The position numbers and the translations under genes were made by a program. From Phoronis australis (taxonomy: Eukaryota > Animalia > Phoronida), in the NCBI GenBank assembly GCA_002633005.1, contig NMRA01000964.1:23395-87394 (forward strand): a DNA stretch of 64,000 nt. Direction: 5' to 3'. Under the pieces are notes generated by a model. It did not search any database, was not told where the DNA came from, and worked only from the letters and a program-made list of their open reading frames with translations. How positions within the stretch are numbered: position 1 is the first letter of the stretch; each line of letters starts with the position of its first letter. Shown piece after piece: positions 55,501 through 63,348 of this stretch.

Positions 55501-58500
55501 CTGTGTCGATATTTTTCATTCCTAGCCATAACAATGCTTTACGCATCACGTATATCTCCAAAATATGCAAGTTATTTGAGACAGCTTCAAATCTTTGTCA
55601 TCCATTTTCAAGCTTTTGAATTTTTGATATGTTCAGCAATTTTTAACACCGATTACATATTCATGGGTCTGTCAAACACACTTCTGGTATAAGGCTGAGG
55701 GAACCGTTTCTCAGATTTTTCATTTTTCTTCTAATACAAGATATGAACACTTGGGTCATTTAAAAATGATGTATAATCTTTGTTGTTTAAAAGTAATTAA
55801 AAATCTCAAGGCACCATTGCTTACGAATTGGCAGTTGTTCACAACCAAAAGACAATTTTCACAAAAAACGGCAGTCATATGAATCGATAAACGACTTGCT
55901 ACATTTCAAAGCATGAGCTAAGACTGTCCAATCATTGAGCATTAAGAAAATGTAATGTATTTTTTATGGGCTTACAATGAATATCAAAACAGTTTCATGA
56001 AACTTGAAAGAAGTTCATGAAAGTTAAGAATTACCTTACAATGCTCTGCCCCCCCCGGACACTATCACCTGTTACTTCCACACATTCTGTTTCACCAAAT
56101 TTTACAAACCCTACCCTCTATGCCAACCTCCCGCTAACGATCTGAATAAGTGAATTAAAACAACTAACATACTAAAAATAGTTGTCCTCTTTCAAAGGCT
56201 TTGTTCTTTGTCTCCGATATAGAAAGTAGGCTTTGACAATTGATCTGCACTGGATGGGAAGATCTTGCTGGTTAGCTGCAGTCACTGCTTAAAACCAATT
56301 TTTGTGCATTCAGGTACACGGTTGCAGCAGAAGCGCTGCATTTCTCCTTTGCACGGGGCTGGCTCTCAAACCTAAAAACAAAGGTCAGGTGAAAAAGGAC
56401 ATGATGTATTTCCATGTCAACGTGTAAAAGAAGTCCAGAAGACATCGGATAGGGAATAAACAAATAATAAAATGGATATTTCTCACGTACCCTTTGGGCT
56501 TGAATTGTATAATCTTACCCTACTAACCAATATCAAGCTGACAGCATAAGCATTCAGCATTGACTGATGTACATGTAACTGTCACTGATAAACCTGTTAT
56601 AAATTATTTCAAACATTAGTAATACTGCTTTAATGTACGAAAAGATTCCTAGTGCTACGTCAAGTATCGTAACACATCACAACAAATAACGTTAACGTTT
56701 AACCCGACTGGCGACTGCTGCGAAGTCGAGATCGGCCAGTACCTCTGACGACTGTCATCAGTATTGTAAACATGTAATAACTGTTAAATTAGTCACAAAT
56801 CTTACCTTTTTATAAGGTCATGCTTACTTCCTCTCGTAGAAGCACCCTTTTCACACAATCTCAGATTCGGTTGGCAGGGCTGCAACCATGTGGCTATGTA
56901 TTAAAAGGGCTTGCGAAATCGAGGCTGCTTAATCACCACCACTACAAGCGCCCTCTAGTAATGTTGAGATTGTCAAATAGCCGTATTGTAGTGGCGGCTT
57001 TAGTAGTCTCCACCAGTTTTGTAGTGATAAGACGTTCGTCTGCACGTATGTGGTCACGTGATCTGCTATTTCACGTACAACCCTAAGGCGGAACTCCAGC
57101 TGGTCGCATGCTATGATCTAAGCAGGCTACCGCTCCGAAATGTTCGTCAGATGTCCCCACGCAGGTTGACGTCACCCAATTCAGCCTCTCGCTGGTCCCC
57201 TACGTGCCTAGTCGCAAAAGGTACCCGCTCATCCAAAACCTTTACGGCAAACAGATGGCGCTGGATGCAGTGATGCTTTACTAACAGGCAGCGCTGCTTA
57301 CAGTCATGTGACATTCTTGTGTGAACTGATTCTTGACCCAGCACCTTGACCTACATTCTACAGCTGCTGACGTCACATCGCCATTGTGAAAACGTGACAC
57401 GATGAGCTCAGTGCTTCACTCTTTGTTTATATTGTCAGCTGTTATTAATCATGGCCACCAACATGTTCATAGTGCATGGTTCAGTTCGTTAAATAAGATA
57501 CTATATAAGTTGAAACCACTCTCTTTTGCCTTAGCGTTTCTTTGATAGAACATAAGATATACAGACGTTTCTACTTGGTGAACCATCAGCTGCCGTGGCG
57601 TGCCTCGGCCAGTCCGGTCTGCTGGGCTCAGTGTTGTTGGCTAACGAGACACTGAACGAAAAAGAAAATATCGCAAGAGAATAAAACCTAACATGTATAT
57701 CACCATGTATAATTCAAGCATAATTTAAAAATATAGTGCCGTATATTTCAACCTAATTAAAATTATGGTTGCTGAGTTGCCAAAATCTCGCCGGGCGGAA
57801 AAGTGGCCGGGCCCGGTTTAGTAGCCTCACCATGGTCACGTTCATTGAATATATATTTCATCCCAGCGTTTAGGCCGAGCAACCACAATAGCGTAGATTA
57901 TTAACACTTTCATCTTAATTATTGTTATAAATAGTTATTACAAATGGAGTTTTAAACATGCTATGAACAATCCCACTAAATAAGATTGGTCCTAACCCCA
58001 ATGGTCAAGGTAAACGGTGGGGTTTGGAAAATTGAACTAGACCGTATTCATCCACCTTGGCTGAGTCGCGCTCGGCTCACGATCTAAGGCATGCCGCCAA
58101 GCTGCTCTATTCATCGAGTCACGAGCGAGGATAATTGGCTTCGCTCATGCGGATATGATCAGCTGATTACAATCTAGCTAGCAGATTGTACTTTTTATGG
58201 AGATCGTTTTATGTAGTTTTTACTGTAATGTTTGAAAAGAGGAGCCAAAACGAATATGAGTACAACTTTGAATTTTTCAAAACGGCCCAGGATAAGAGAT
58301 TTTGCAACACAGCAACACTCACGATTACTTTCATTCGGCGCACACGAATACAAAAATATAGGACCCAAGTTATTTAGATTTTGGAACACATGCATTGCAA
58401 TATTCAAACACGTTTATTATGAATCTTACAAGCTGTAAAACGACGTTGTTTAATTTCATAGTGTTCATTCATTGTCATCCGTCATATCAGCAATTTCCGA

Positions 58501-61500
58501 GATGTTATCTGCGGCGTGCGCATATGTACAAAACATGTTCCTGGAGTACGAAAATTAAGAAGCTTTAGCATGCCGTTATTATTGACAGGTACACGATGAA
58601 ACGAATTTGGATTTTGACTATAGTCTTGATACAGCGAGCTGGCTGTCCACTGCGTCAGTGTCTCCGTTAGACCCAGAAATTTCACACAGCCCGGGTAGTT
58701 CACCTCGTCCCCAACATGTAGATAGAGCCTTTGGTTATAATACTCCACGGTAGAGTTAACGACCGTCGGCCTGTGCACACAAAACCTGTAAGTTAACCAG
58801 CACTCACCTTGCACGTTGCAGCCGTTTAAGTGAAAAACAATCTAGTAAACGCCATTTTCTTGCATAATCCTCCGCCTTTTGTAACAAAAAAATCTTTCGT
58901 CGATGACCCGCACACACTCCCTCTCATACGCAGACGAACTTCAAAACAAACGTCACGTGACAACATGAGTGTTCGTCCAGAGATTTTTCTCGTGTTGTGG
59001 GGTACGATGTAGCGCAGATTTGGACTTAATCGCAATTAATCTGGACTCCACATGAACTTTAAAAATTGTAAAACATAAGGAAGATTTCAGGTAATTTGTT
59101 GAGTCGAAACTATATTAAAATTCAAGAGTTCAAGTTTTCCTACAGACGATCGCGATTCAGCGACGCATCGGTCGGCAAGTTTTCGCCCTGTGATGAGCAC
59201 AATTTTTTGAAAAAATATCGTAATTTAACAACGGATGTTGATAGCAATGCAACACAATTTTGTAGAAAGACTGTCATAGGCTACAAATACGTCACAGAGC
59301 GTAAATTTGATGAATCCTAGCTTCCGATTTTAGGGCCCGTTTGGGAAACCGGGCTTCAAATGCCGTAGGCTACAATGAGCGTCCCCTCCCCAAGATATGA
59401 ATTTTTCTAAGCGTTTATTAGAGCCAATACAGTATACAGCTTTCCACCAAGGCTAGGTGTTACTACGACATTATTCTTTGTTGTTAGTAACTGGTCTTGG
59501 CTATATCATTTTATGGGCTGGTCATACATTCAGCCAAAAGTAGTCCCAGAGGTGGCTTATCAGCCAATTATTCACGCATGCTGACTCACAATAGAAGCCT
59601 GATAAGAGTGAAGGTGGAAAAATGCGGTGTTCCTACAGTTTCTTGTGGTAGTGGATGTGTTCACGAAATGAACATGGAATGTCGGACACAAAGATTTCTT
59701 GTCCACACAAATTTGCCACTCATCAGGACATACACTGTCTGGTTCATGAACACTCGTGACCTGTGGCTAGTCAGCAGCAGCAGAATGTAGGTCGATGTAC
59801 TTGGTTAAGATTCTCTGGCAGACAGTCTTATTTGAGCGATAAAATGACACGTGATTGATGAGAAGCGCCATCTGTTTGCCGTTAAGGTTTTGGATGAGCG
59901 GGTACCTTTTGCNNNNNNNNNNNNNNNNNNNNNNNNNNNNNNNNNNNNNNNNNNNNNNNNNNNNNNNNNNNNNNNNNNNNNNNNNNNNNNNNNNNNNNNN
60001 NNNNNNNNNNNNNNNNNNNNNNNNNNNNNNNNNNNNNNNNNNNNNNNNNNNNNNNNNNNNNNNNNNNNNNNNNNNNNNNNNNNNNNNNNNNNNNNNNNNN
60101 NNNNNNNNNNNNNNNNNNNNNNNNNNNNNNNNNNNNNNNNNNNNNNNNNNNNNNNNNNNNNNNNNNNNNNNNNNNNNNNNNNNNNNNNNNNNNNNNNNNN
60201 NNNNNNNNNNNNNNNNNNNNNNNNNNNNNNNNNNNNNNNNNNNNNNNNNNNNNNNNNNNNNNNNNNNNNNNNNNNNNNNNNNNNNNNNNNNNNNNNNNNN
60301 NNNNNNNNNNNNNNNNNNNNNNNNNNNNNNNNNNNNNNNNNNNNNNNNNNNNNNNNNNNNNNNNNNNNNNNNNNNNNNNNNNNNNNNNNNNNNNNNNNNN
60401 NNNNNNNNNNNNNNNNNNNNNNNNNNNNNNNNNNNNNNNNNNNNNNNNNNNNNNNNNNNNNNNNNNNNNNNNNNNNNNNNNNNNNNNNNNNNNNNNNNNN
60501 NNNNNNNNNNNNNNNNNNNNNNNNNNNNNNNNNNNNNNNNNNNNNNNNNNNNNNNNNNNNNNNNNNNNNNNNNNNNNNNNNNNNNNNNNNNNNNNNNNNN
60601 NNNNNNNNNNNNNNNNNNNNNNNNNNNNNNNNNNNNNNNNNNNNNNNNNNNNNNNNNNNNNNNNNNNNNNNNNNNNNNNNNNNNNNNNNNNNNNNNNNNN
60701 NNNNNNGATTGTGATTGTGAGTGTGCACGTGGATTTCAACCAACTACATAATCTCGCCAAAATGACGACGCGATCGTGCTGCCTCAGTGATACCGATTTT
60801 TCCTGCTGTATTAGTTGTATTTCGATCGAAGATAGTGATGAAACTTAGAATATTCATCACACGCCATAGGCAACTTGTCGGCCATCTTGTGTTAAAAAGC
60901 CAAGCCAGTGATACGTGACCGTTCAGTCGCATTTGAATCGGCACGTCTATTTCAACAAAAATGTCCTACAAATGTTTAGCAATGTTCAGTAGGTCTGCTA
61001 CCGATCTAACAGAAGAACAATTTCTACGAAGTTTCACAATAAGAAAACAAGTCGTATACTAAAAAAATCACAATGTCCCATTTAGCTGTGAATAAACAGG
61101 CAAAGTAAGCATTTGCAATTTCAACAGAGTACTTGTTGGATCCGTGGGCAAAAACCTTTCGGATTTTGTCGATTTTGTTTAGACAGAATTAAAATGGGTT
61201 CCATTTTAAATGAAAATGGATATTTAGATGTGGTTCAATGCGTTGAAGCCACTCTAGGGTGTCGAAGTGTGCCACTTTTTTTGGATAACTAAAATACCGT
61301 ATTAAACATACCAAGCTGGTGGACTCACCGTTACACTTATACATCATATTGACGACTTGCACGTCTTTGAATTGTAATTCGCGATTTGCTTGCTGTATCA
61401 GCTTGTCGTTTTCCTTATTTACTGCGCGGATTGTCCAATTTCCGTCTATGGAGTATGCCTAATCGAATTGATAGAAATTGTCATAATGACTTTGCAGTAG

Positions 61501-61673
61501 ATGAGTTTGGAAATATTTATCTGAAATACATGAATTGTTTAAAAAGAACATAAAATGATGCATTTCCCGATTCCTTGAATGTTTTGTTTCCGCTATTTTG
61601 TCAAAGCCTGAAAGCTCACACTAACAACCATAATTGCAATGGCAAAGATAACGCAACAATAACAATGAATATA

Positions 61674-61724
<51 letters not shown>

Positions 61725-63348
61725 TNAAATAAATACTCTAATCAATAGGGTATCAAAATTTAGTAGGCTCTAGTGTTGATTAAAGCCCTGTCTGAACATT
61801 CCAATTTGCCACAAAACTTTCTAGTCGTCTGTGCTGGTAGGTATTCTAGTCGACTTTTCAAGTAAAAAACTTAATGCAACTGGCCGATTGAAATGGATCA
61901 TGCCATTGCTTAAAACGACTCGAGACAAGTGCGACGTAAACATATTCACTTTTTTACGCCTCATCAGACGGTCATGAATGTCTTGAAACAGAACGGCAAG
62001 TTGTCAATGGTCTGTGGGTGTGTACATGTACCCTCAGTCCATTAAAACTGTTGAACCGGTTCCAATTCACTTACAAGTTAGTGATATGCTGAATCCAGAT
62101 TCTTTGTTATTATAGTTTTATTTCCTGTGGCAGGAATTTGTCAAAACTTTAGTCTGTAGTGTTCAGTAGCAGTACCGAGACGTTCTTTTCGTAAATGTTA
62201 TACTCCAAACTGTGCTCAGGACGTCTTCTAATGTTTCTGTTGTAGTAATTTACAAGTAATGAGAGCCAAAACACAACCGCAGGCTAAGCCAAACTATTTC
62301 AAAAAACAAAATGTTCTGCGTGAAAACGTGAAAGCCAATACTTGAGAGTCTTCGTGGAATGATCCAAGACGGCTGAGACATTAAATTTTAAGTCAGATTC
62401 CATCGTATATGTGCCCAGTATCACGATCACAATGATCGAGGATAAACACACCGTGGTTCCTACAGCGTAGGACGCATCATCGCGTACATCTAAGTTACGA
62501 AGTTCCGCTAATTACATGTACACGTATGTCTAAATGAATTAATGACACTGCGTTAATCATTTGCTACTTAATATTTTAGATGGTATTACTGCAACTATTC
62601 ACTGTCTAAGAGATTGATCTCGACGGGAAATGTCTTATAGACTTACCCCACTACCATAGTGCATTATGCTCTTGTAGTCATATTCAAGCCCGAATGTATT
62701 TGCGTAATAGGGGTCATTCTTTCTGAAGTCGCTATTGTTTTTGCCAGACTCCAGTGACTTCCAGTTAATCCGTATGTACTTATCTCGGTCAGGACGATTA
62801 TGCTCATGGTACAACCCGATAGCGTGTCCAATTTCGTGCAGGTAAACCCGTACCTGAAATGGCATTGGAGTCGAGTTCCTGACAAGGTTATTGATGCGTT
62901 CTTGTAGTTTGCAGGCAATGCTTAGTCGAAATATTCTCATGATTTGTTCACGTAAGTTTTCCAACTTTTGAAACCATATGTATCGATTTCCTCTCAATCG
63001 CTGTCATCCCTAACGACAACGTTTTTAAACATGTTTTCGGTTTTATGTAATTTGCTCAGACTGCATTGCACAAACCTCTACTGAGATTACCATGATGTAC
63101 AGCAGATTAACGGCTGATAGGGTTTTAGTCTACATTCATGCTGATACTTACAAAACTACATCCGGGACTCTTCAAGTTAACATTTTGCTTCCCAATCTTT
63201 GCGAAACCCAAATGTGAGCTACATCCTGCGTAACCAGTGCGAAATTGCAAGAAATGTTCGTCTGCTTCTGTGGCTTCTTTAAACTTGAGACAAGTAAAAT
63301 GCTCCCACTGTGTCATCGCAATTCTTAATAACTTGAGCTCCTTCGAAC
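1269..63348 (-). CDS. Astacin-family (M12A) zinc metalloprotease with EGF-like module and ~11 C-terminal ShKT domains; 13 exons, 5' end outside window
   Basis: Hand-spliced exons: 63152-63348, 62647-62853, 61329-61458, 51727-51852, 45077-45208, 32106-32372, 25055-25321, 22712-22843, 21141-21275, 20371-20527, 4687-4814, 2762-2875, 1269-1421. All have AG/GT boundaries and every junction is phase-compatible, with no stops. Contains the HExxHxxGxxH zinc motif and the SIMHY Met-turn. Confidence 0.9.
2762..2875 (-). CDS. Exon: ShKT domain 10
   Basis: cctgcag|GT TAC ... AAA G|gtacgt. The first Cys codon (T|GT) is split across the intron: CYNNKPDVYCDKIKKDGRCTDLTMKAQCERSCGVCKPK. Confidence 0.9.
3130..3250. 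repeat. Purine-rich (GGAG/GA) low-complexity tract
   Basis: Directly visible. Confidence 0.7.
4687..4814 (-). CDS. Exon: ShKT domain 9
   Basis: gatttag|G TTT TGC ... GAA T|gtgagt. Encodes FCKDELQSEHVDRCKDFFNDGQCPRNQWVRDNCKRTCGRCVE. Confidence 0.9.
5228..9125 (+). mobile_element. 5'-truncated Tx1/L1-clade non-LTR retrotransposon (ORF2 EN-RT-CCHC, frameshifted)
   Basis: Endonuclease motifs (RGLRD..KRKDVF, LQDTH, CGDWN, TDHS); RT motifs (KSPGPDG, DFEKAFDS, RGCRQGDPISP, YADD near 7325); C-terminal CTFC..E...HLY.SC. A-rich tail, and TSD agtgtccctccacg at 5214-5227 and 9126-9139. Confidence 0.95.
11009..11705 (-). mobile_element. Solo arm of a Kolobok-like DNA transposon related to 23028-24686
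   Basis: Starts TTAA|AGGAGAATGCCACC. The reverse complement of ~11600-11700 aligns by eye with ~23943-24045, and ~11009-11050 aligns with the 24640-24686 end. Confidence 0.65.
11990..12990 (-). pseudogene. Degenerate non-LTR retrotransposon RT fragment (RTE-X/CR1-like)
   Basis: KAGVDDGV..EKLK, FRKSYSMTNQVFTF, VDVSKAFDRI, GTRQGC..PKLF, KKTKVVVF. Frameshifted, and the YADD segment is missing. Confidence 0.8.
13958..15584. mobile_element. Non-autonomous TIR element with AT target duplication (ISL2EU/Harbinger-like)
   Basis: AT|AGACTCTATTCACGC...CCAAAGCGAGGCTC on the left and GAGCCTCGTTTTGG...GCGTGAATAGGTTCT|AT on the right form imperfect ~45-bp TIRs. No recognisable coding region. Confidence 0.6.
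17300..17555. repeat. Degenerate minisatellite of palindromic AAAACTTAAGTTTT-like units
   Basis: About 12 imperfect copies of gaaaacttaagtt(t), with the distal part in inverted orientation. Confidence 0.6.
18890..20344 (+). mobile_element. 5'-truncated CR1/L2-group LINE (RT C-terminus, 3' UTR, poly-A)
   Basis: Open frame to 20132 with LYTDD, LQTDLNKLYDWSLKWKLKF, HKHLG and CSCG...HVFFAC. AATAAA plus A-tail; TSD catgaaaag at 18881-18889 and 20345-20353. Confidence 0.9.
20371..20527 (-). CDS. Exon: ShKT domain 8
   Basis: gtcttag|GT AAA GAG ... TCA CG|gtatgt. Encodes KECLDTSSVCKAKKLTGLCDHDPQSMLKLCKKTCGFCDQGNYVEAVKFSRS. Its phase-2 donor matches the phase-2 acceptor at 4814. Confidence 0.88.
21141..21275 (-). 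CDS. Exon: ShKT domain 7
   Basis: aacaag|GA GCT ... AAA G|gtaacc. Encodes AECVNQVSDDRCWSSKVLGKCEASEKIRAVCYRSCSGCGGDADK. Confidence 0.87.
22712..22843 (-). CDS. Exon: ShKT domain 6
   Basis: cttttag|AA TGG ... GAC G|gtaaag. Encodes WEPENHCSNKLSEEECWRDVSYCGVHIKANLNCYKMCSGCGND. Not in the ORF track. Confidence 0.87.
23028..24686 (+). mobile_element. Non-autonomous Kolobok-like DNA transposon with degenerate THAP ORF
   Basis: TTAA|AGGAGAATGCCACCC ... GGGTGGCATGCTCCT|TTAA. ORF 23173-23424 has THAP-like FLLPRESEMLRKWL...LRVC. An internal ~23-bp direct repeat (tccgagccactggcc.ggataac) lies near 24113 and 24176. Confidence 0.8.
25055..25321 (-). CDS. Exon: ShKT domains 4-5
   Basis: ttccag|CT CAA TGT ... 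CCA A|gtaagt. Encodes CRDIHSPKAECKRSAHAGSCTEFFQTHSMMESCLGSCKQILQERC and CTDDNPRCESWSKLGECYMNPRFMMISCSKSCSENMC. Confidence 0.9.
26610..26715. repeat. Two-copy ~52-bp tandem duplication
   Basis: caattcga(a/c)gaactaatgcttgtcgctggt(g/c)agctc occurs twice. Confidence 0.8.
27280..29620 (-). pseudogene. Possible ancient Gypsy-type LTR retrotransposon remnant (gag and RT-RNaseH fragments)
   Basis: Faint similarity only: KVWDWGRTKKKDF near 27900 resembles the RT-RNaseH linker, and DRF...ERTLNWTAE near 29200 resembles gag. Many stops. Confidence 0.3.
32106..32372 (-). CDS. Exon: ShKT domains 2-3
   Basis: Tandem cagcag acceptor (exon start 32372 or 32369) ... GGA G|gtatg. Encodes CENLWSSKDCDMFANFGYCRLERAWMLAHCRKSCKAC and CVNEHKNEAECYAWAVAGECHENIRWMYKNCRLACGRC. 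Confidence 0.93.
35030..35444. repeat. Intronic repeat copy A (short)
   Basis: From ttaatgtcactcag onward it closely matches 39744-40109. Its upstream ~60 bp match 54690-54750. Confidence 0.85.
36106..37290 (-). pseudogene. RAG1/Transib-like (CMC-Transib group) DDE transposase C-terminal half, frameshifted
   Basis: Ordered motifs HGLAGASGTYTCFLC, IPYLHIMLG, FIGNHC, KQHVLEDH and GLLGEQGGESIHKTF parallel RAG1 core GLEASGSVYICTLC, DALHCDIG, MNGNF, HKTLAH and WASEGNESGNK. Confidence 0.75.
37433..37669 (+). other. Orphan ShK-like exon antisense to the host gene
   Basis: tctttgcaag|GA AAC ... ACG T|gtaagc: 237 nt, phase 1-1, open frame. Ends SKDANNPDRECKGWSAGGLGGNSYMQKMCLKTCTCET. Confidence 0.6.
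38464..38868 (+). pseudogene. Kolobok accessory gene remnant with P2X7 C-terminal-like Cys cluster
   Basis: Acidic N-terminus with a GYMFE motif, then, after stops and a frameshift, CKCTVCVVMPTSMECLCC. Confidence 0.7.
39118..39498 (-). CDS. THAP zinc-finger N-terminus of the Kolobok transposase (truncated)
   Basis: CCVPECTN...LHRFP...WL...RVCCKPF...LKKDANPS. The THAP His ligand appears to be replaced by Pro. Confidence 0.85.
   Translation of the reverse strand: MPHCCCVPECTNCRLTRALGVPLHRFPMDDTLRPTWLVRVQNAELSVHVTYKAVANYRVCCKPFLPSGYERDLYAELTKVPAKRRLKKDANPSVLIPGSAPSPPPRSAFLKREASRAVASTVTGAS
40968..42788 (+). mobile_element. 3'-truncated BEL/Pao LTR retrotransposon (5' LTR, PBS, gag-protease)
   Basis: Putative LTR ~40968-41256 ending CA; PBS TGGTGCCGTGAC at 41262 is complementary to the tRNA-His 3' end. 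ORF has LPTLQLQKFGG..FWD (DUF1759-type gag), three Cys/His knuckles and LFDEGAQRSFI protease. Confidence 0.92.
41269..42789 (+). CDS. BEL/Pao Gag-protease polyprotein, truncated
   Basis: 506-aa open frame with CFYC...H....C, CFNC..H....C and CRTC...HH..LC knuckles and an aspartic protease motif. Confidence 0.9.
   Translation: MTLNSRLMDVKRLKAKRTAQKGQITTLLHRLTNLPNDSHQATPLLDTLNDKLDAVKDLNDQIHQAIENDEQAAEEMLTDDSYVTDIQMTIAEFNFSSAQQPPPAIAPSSTPNHTSTPSSTFRLPTLQLQKFGGNILEYQTFWDLYEASIHNSQSLPPVQKFVYLKSLLVDEALQLIDGLPIDNTNYAIAIQLLQERYGCTSKLRANLIESITTLDVPDNHPSTLRSFHDTLETKLRQLSAIGSYDGSLLVPVLMNKLPFSIKRSIARRTDGNLDITLNQLRHFLRIELDILHAFHDNTPSASAFHTHVKRNCKPPLKSCFYCVNNSHKTIECTQSHDQKLAKIRHSKACFNCLGNHMVSACKSRFRCRTCGKKHHSSLCSDANNTAPNETRIAPVTDRSSGNHAHHDYSQRDNTNAAASVTHLSSHNTVLLKTATACVSDGHHHSMSTNVLFDEGAQRSFITTNLASQLQLRPTCKERIQVTTFGGDQQSVTDYHVSEIYLSTLSG
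45077..45208 (-). CDS. Exon: ShKT domain 1
   Basis: tttccag|GA AAT TGT ... ATG G|gtgggt. Encodes NCKNPLGDEQCSILANAWYCHLVPAYMVVNCPQACGWCNRKDM (six Cys, CxxxCxxC). Not in the ORF track. Confidence 0.88.
45533..45628. repeat. Degenerate (TACA)n microsatellite
   Basis: Imperfect atac repeats. Confidence 0.8.
46537..46594. repeat. (TG)n microsatellite
   Basis: Directly visible. Confidence 0.97.
49482..49568. repeat. ~87-bp imperfect palindrome/hairpin
   Basis: cgttatcccc...agcccgtgtggatttt pairs with aaaatccacaggggct...ggggataacg. Confidence 0.8.
51727..51852 (-). CDS. Exon: EGF-like cysteine module after the astacin domain
   Basis: gacag|TC CAT ... GGA AAA G|gttggt. Encodes HCPTNIRCRDGGFVNKECTCFCRDGTNSCQESEKGPTKHGK; the CxxGG(F/Y)...CxCxC pattern is typical of invertebrate astacins. 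Confidence 0.88.
54230..54700 (-). pseudogene. Degenerate L1/Tx1-like ORF2 fragment
   Basis: FLGRIDVIKTFAM...REINNII...PPRVRRD resembles the post-RT G(R/K)IxxIK region. Stops present. Confidence 0.5.
54690..56980. repeat. Intronic repeat copy C
   Basis: Shares blocks with copy B, e.g. gaactagaccagagtgtta.taggtcttctttagcttcagtccctcatg and gactggcgactgctgcgaagtcga.atcggccagtac. Confidence 0.85.
57209..59912. mobile_element. Putative TIR DNA element; right end lost in the assembly gap
   Basis: 49-bp inverted repeat with one mismatch at 57214-57262 and 59864-59912; the right copy abuts the N-gap. Confidence 0.65.
59913..60706. other. Assembly gap (N run); a smaller gap lies near 2526-2644
   Basis: Runs of n. 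Confidence 1.
61329..61458 (-). CDS. Astacin exon: end of catalytic domain
   Basis: attag|GCA TAC ... TGT AAC G|gtgagt. Encodes AYSIDGNWTIRAVNKENDKLIQQANRELQFKDVQVVNMMYKCN, matching the astacin C-terminal LSxxDxxxxNxxYxC. Not in the ORF track. Confidence 0.92.
61676..61725. repeat. (CTG)n trinucleotide microsatellite, intronic
   Basis: About 15 perfect units. Confidence 0.95.
62647..62853 (-). CDS. Astacin exon: zinc-binding active site and Met-turn
   Basis: tttcag|GTA CGG ... AGT GGG|gtaagt. Encodes VRVYLHEIGHAIGLYHEHNRPDRDKYI...YDYKSIMHYGSG. Confidence 0.97.
63152..63348 (-). CDS. Astacin exon: N-terminal part of catalytic domain
   Basis: tttcag|GT TCG AAG ... TGT AGT TTT|gtaagt. Encodes SKELKLLRIAMTQWEHFTCLKFKE...GCSSHLGFAKIGKQNVNLKSPGCSF, with astacin-type WExxTCxxF and GCxSxxG motifs. 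Confidence 0.93.

Noticed and set aside
59805-60760. Long ORFs of about 300 aa in the ORF track
   Set aside because: They consist of X residues from the N-gap.
61676-61725. CTG/CAG repeat as a polyglutamine coding tract
   Set aside because: It lies in the intron between exons 62647 and 61458, with no splice or ORF support.
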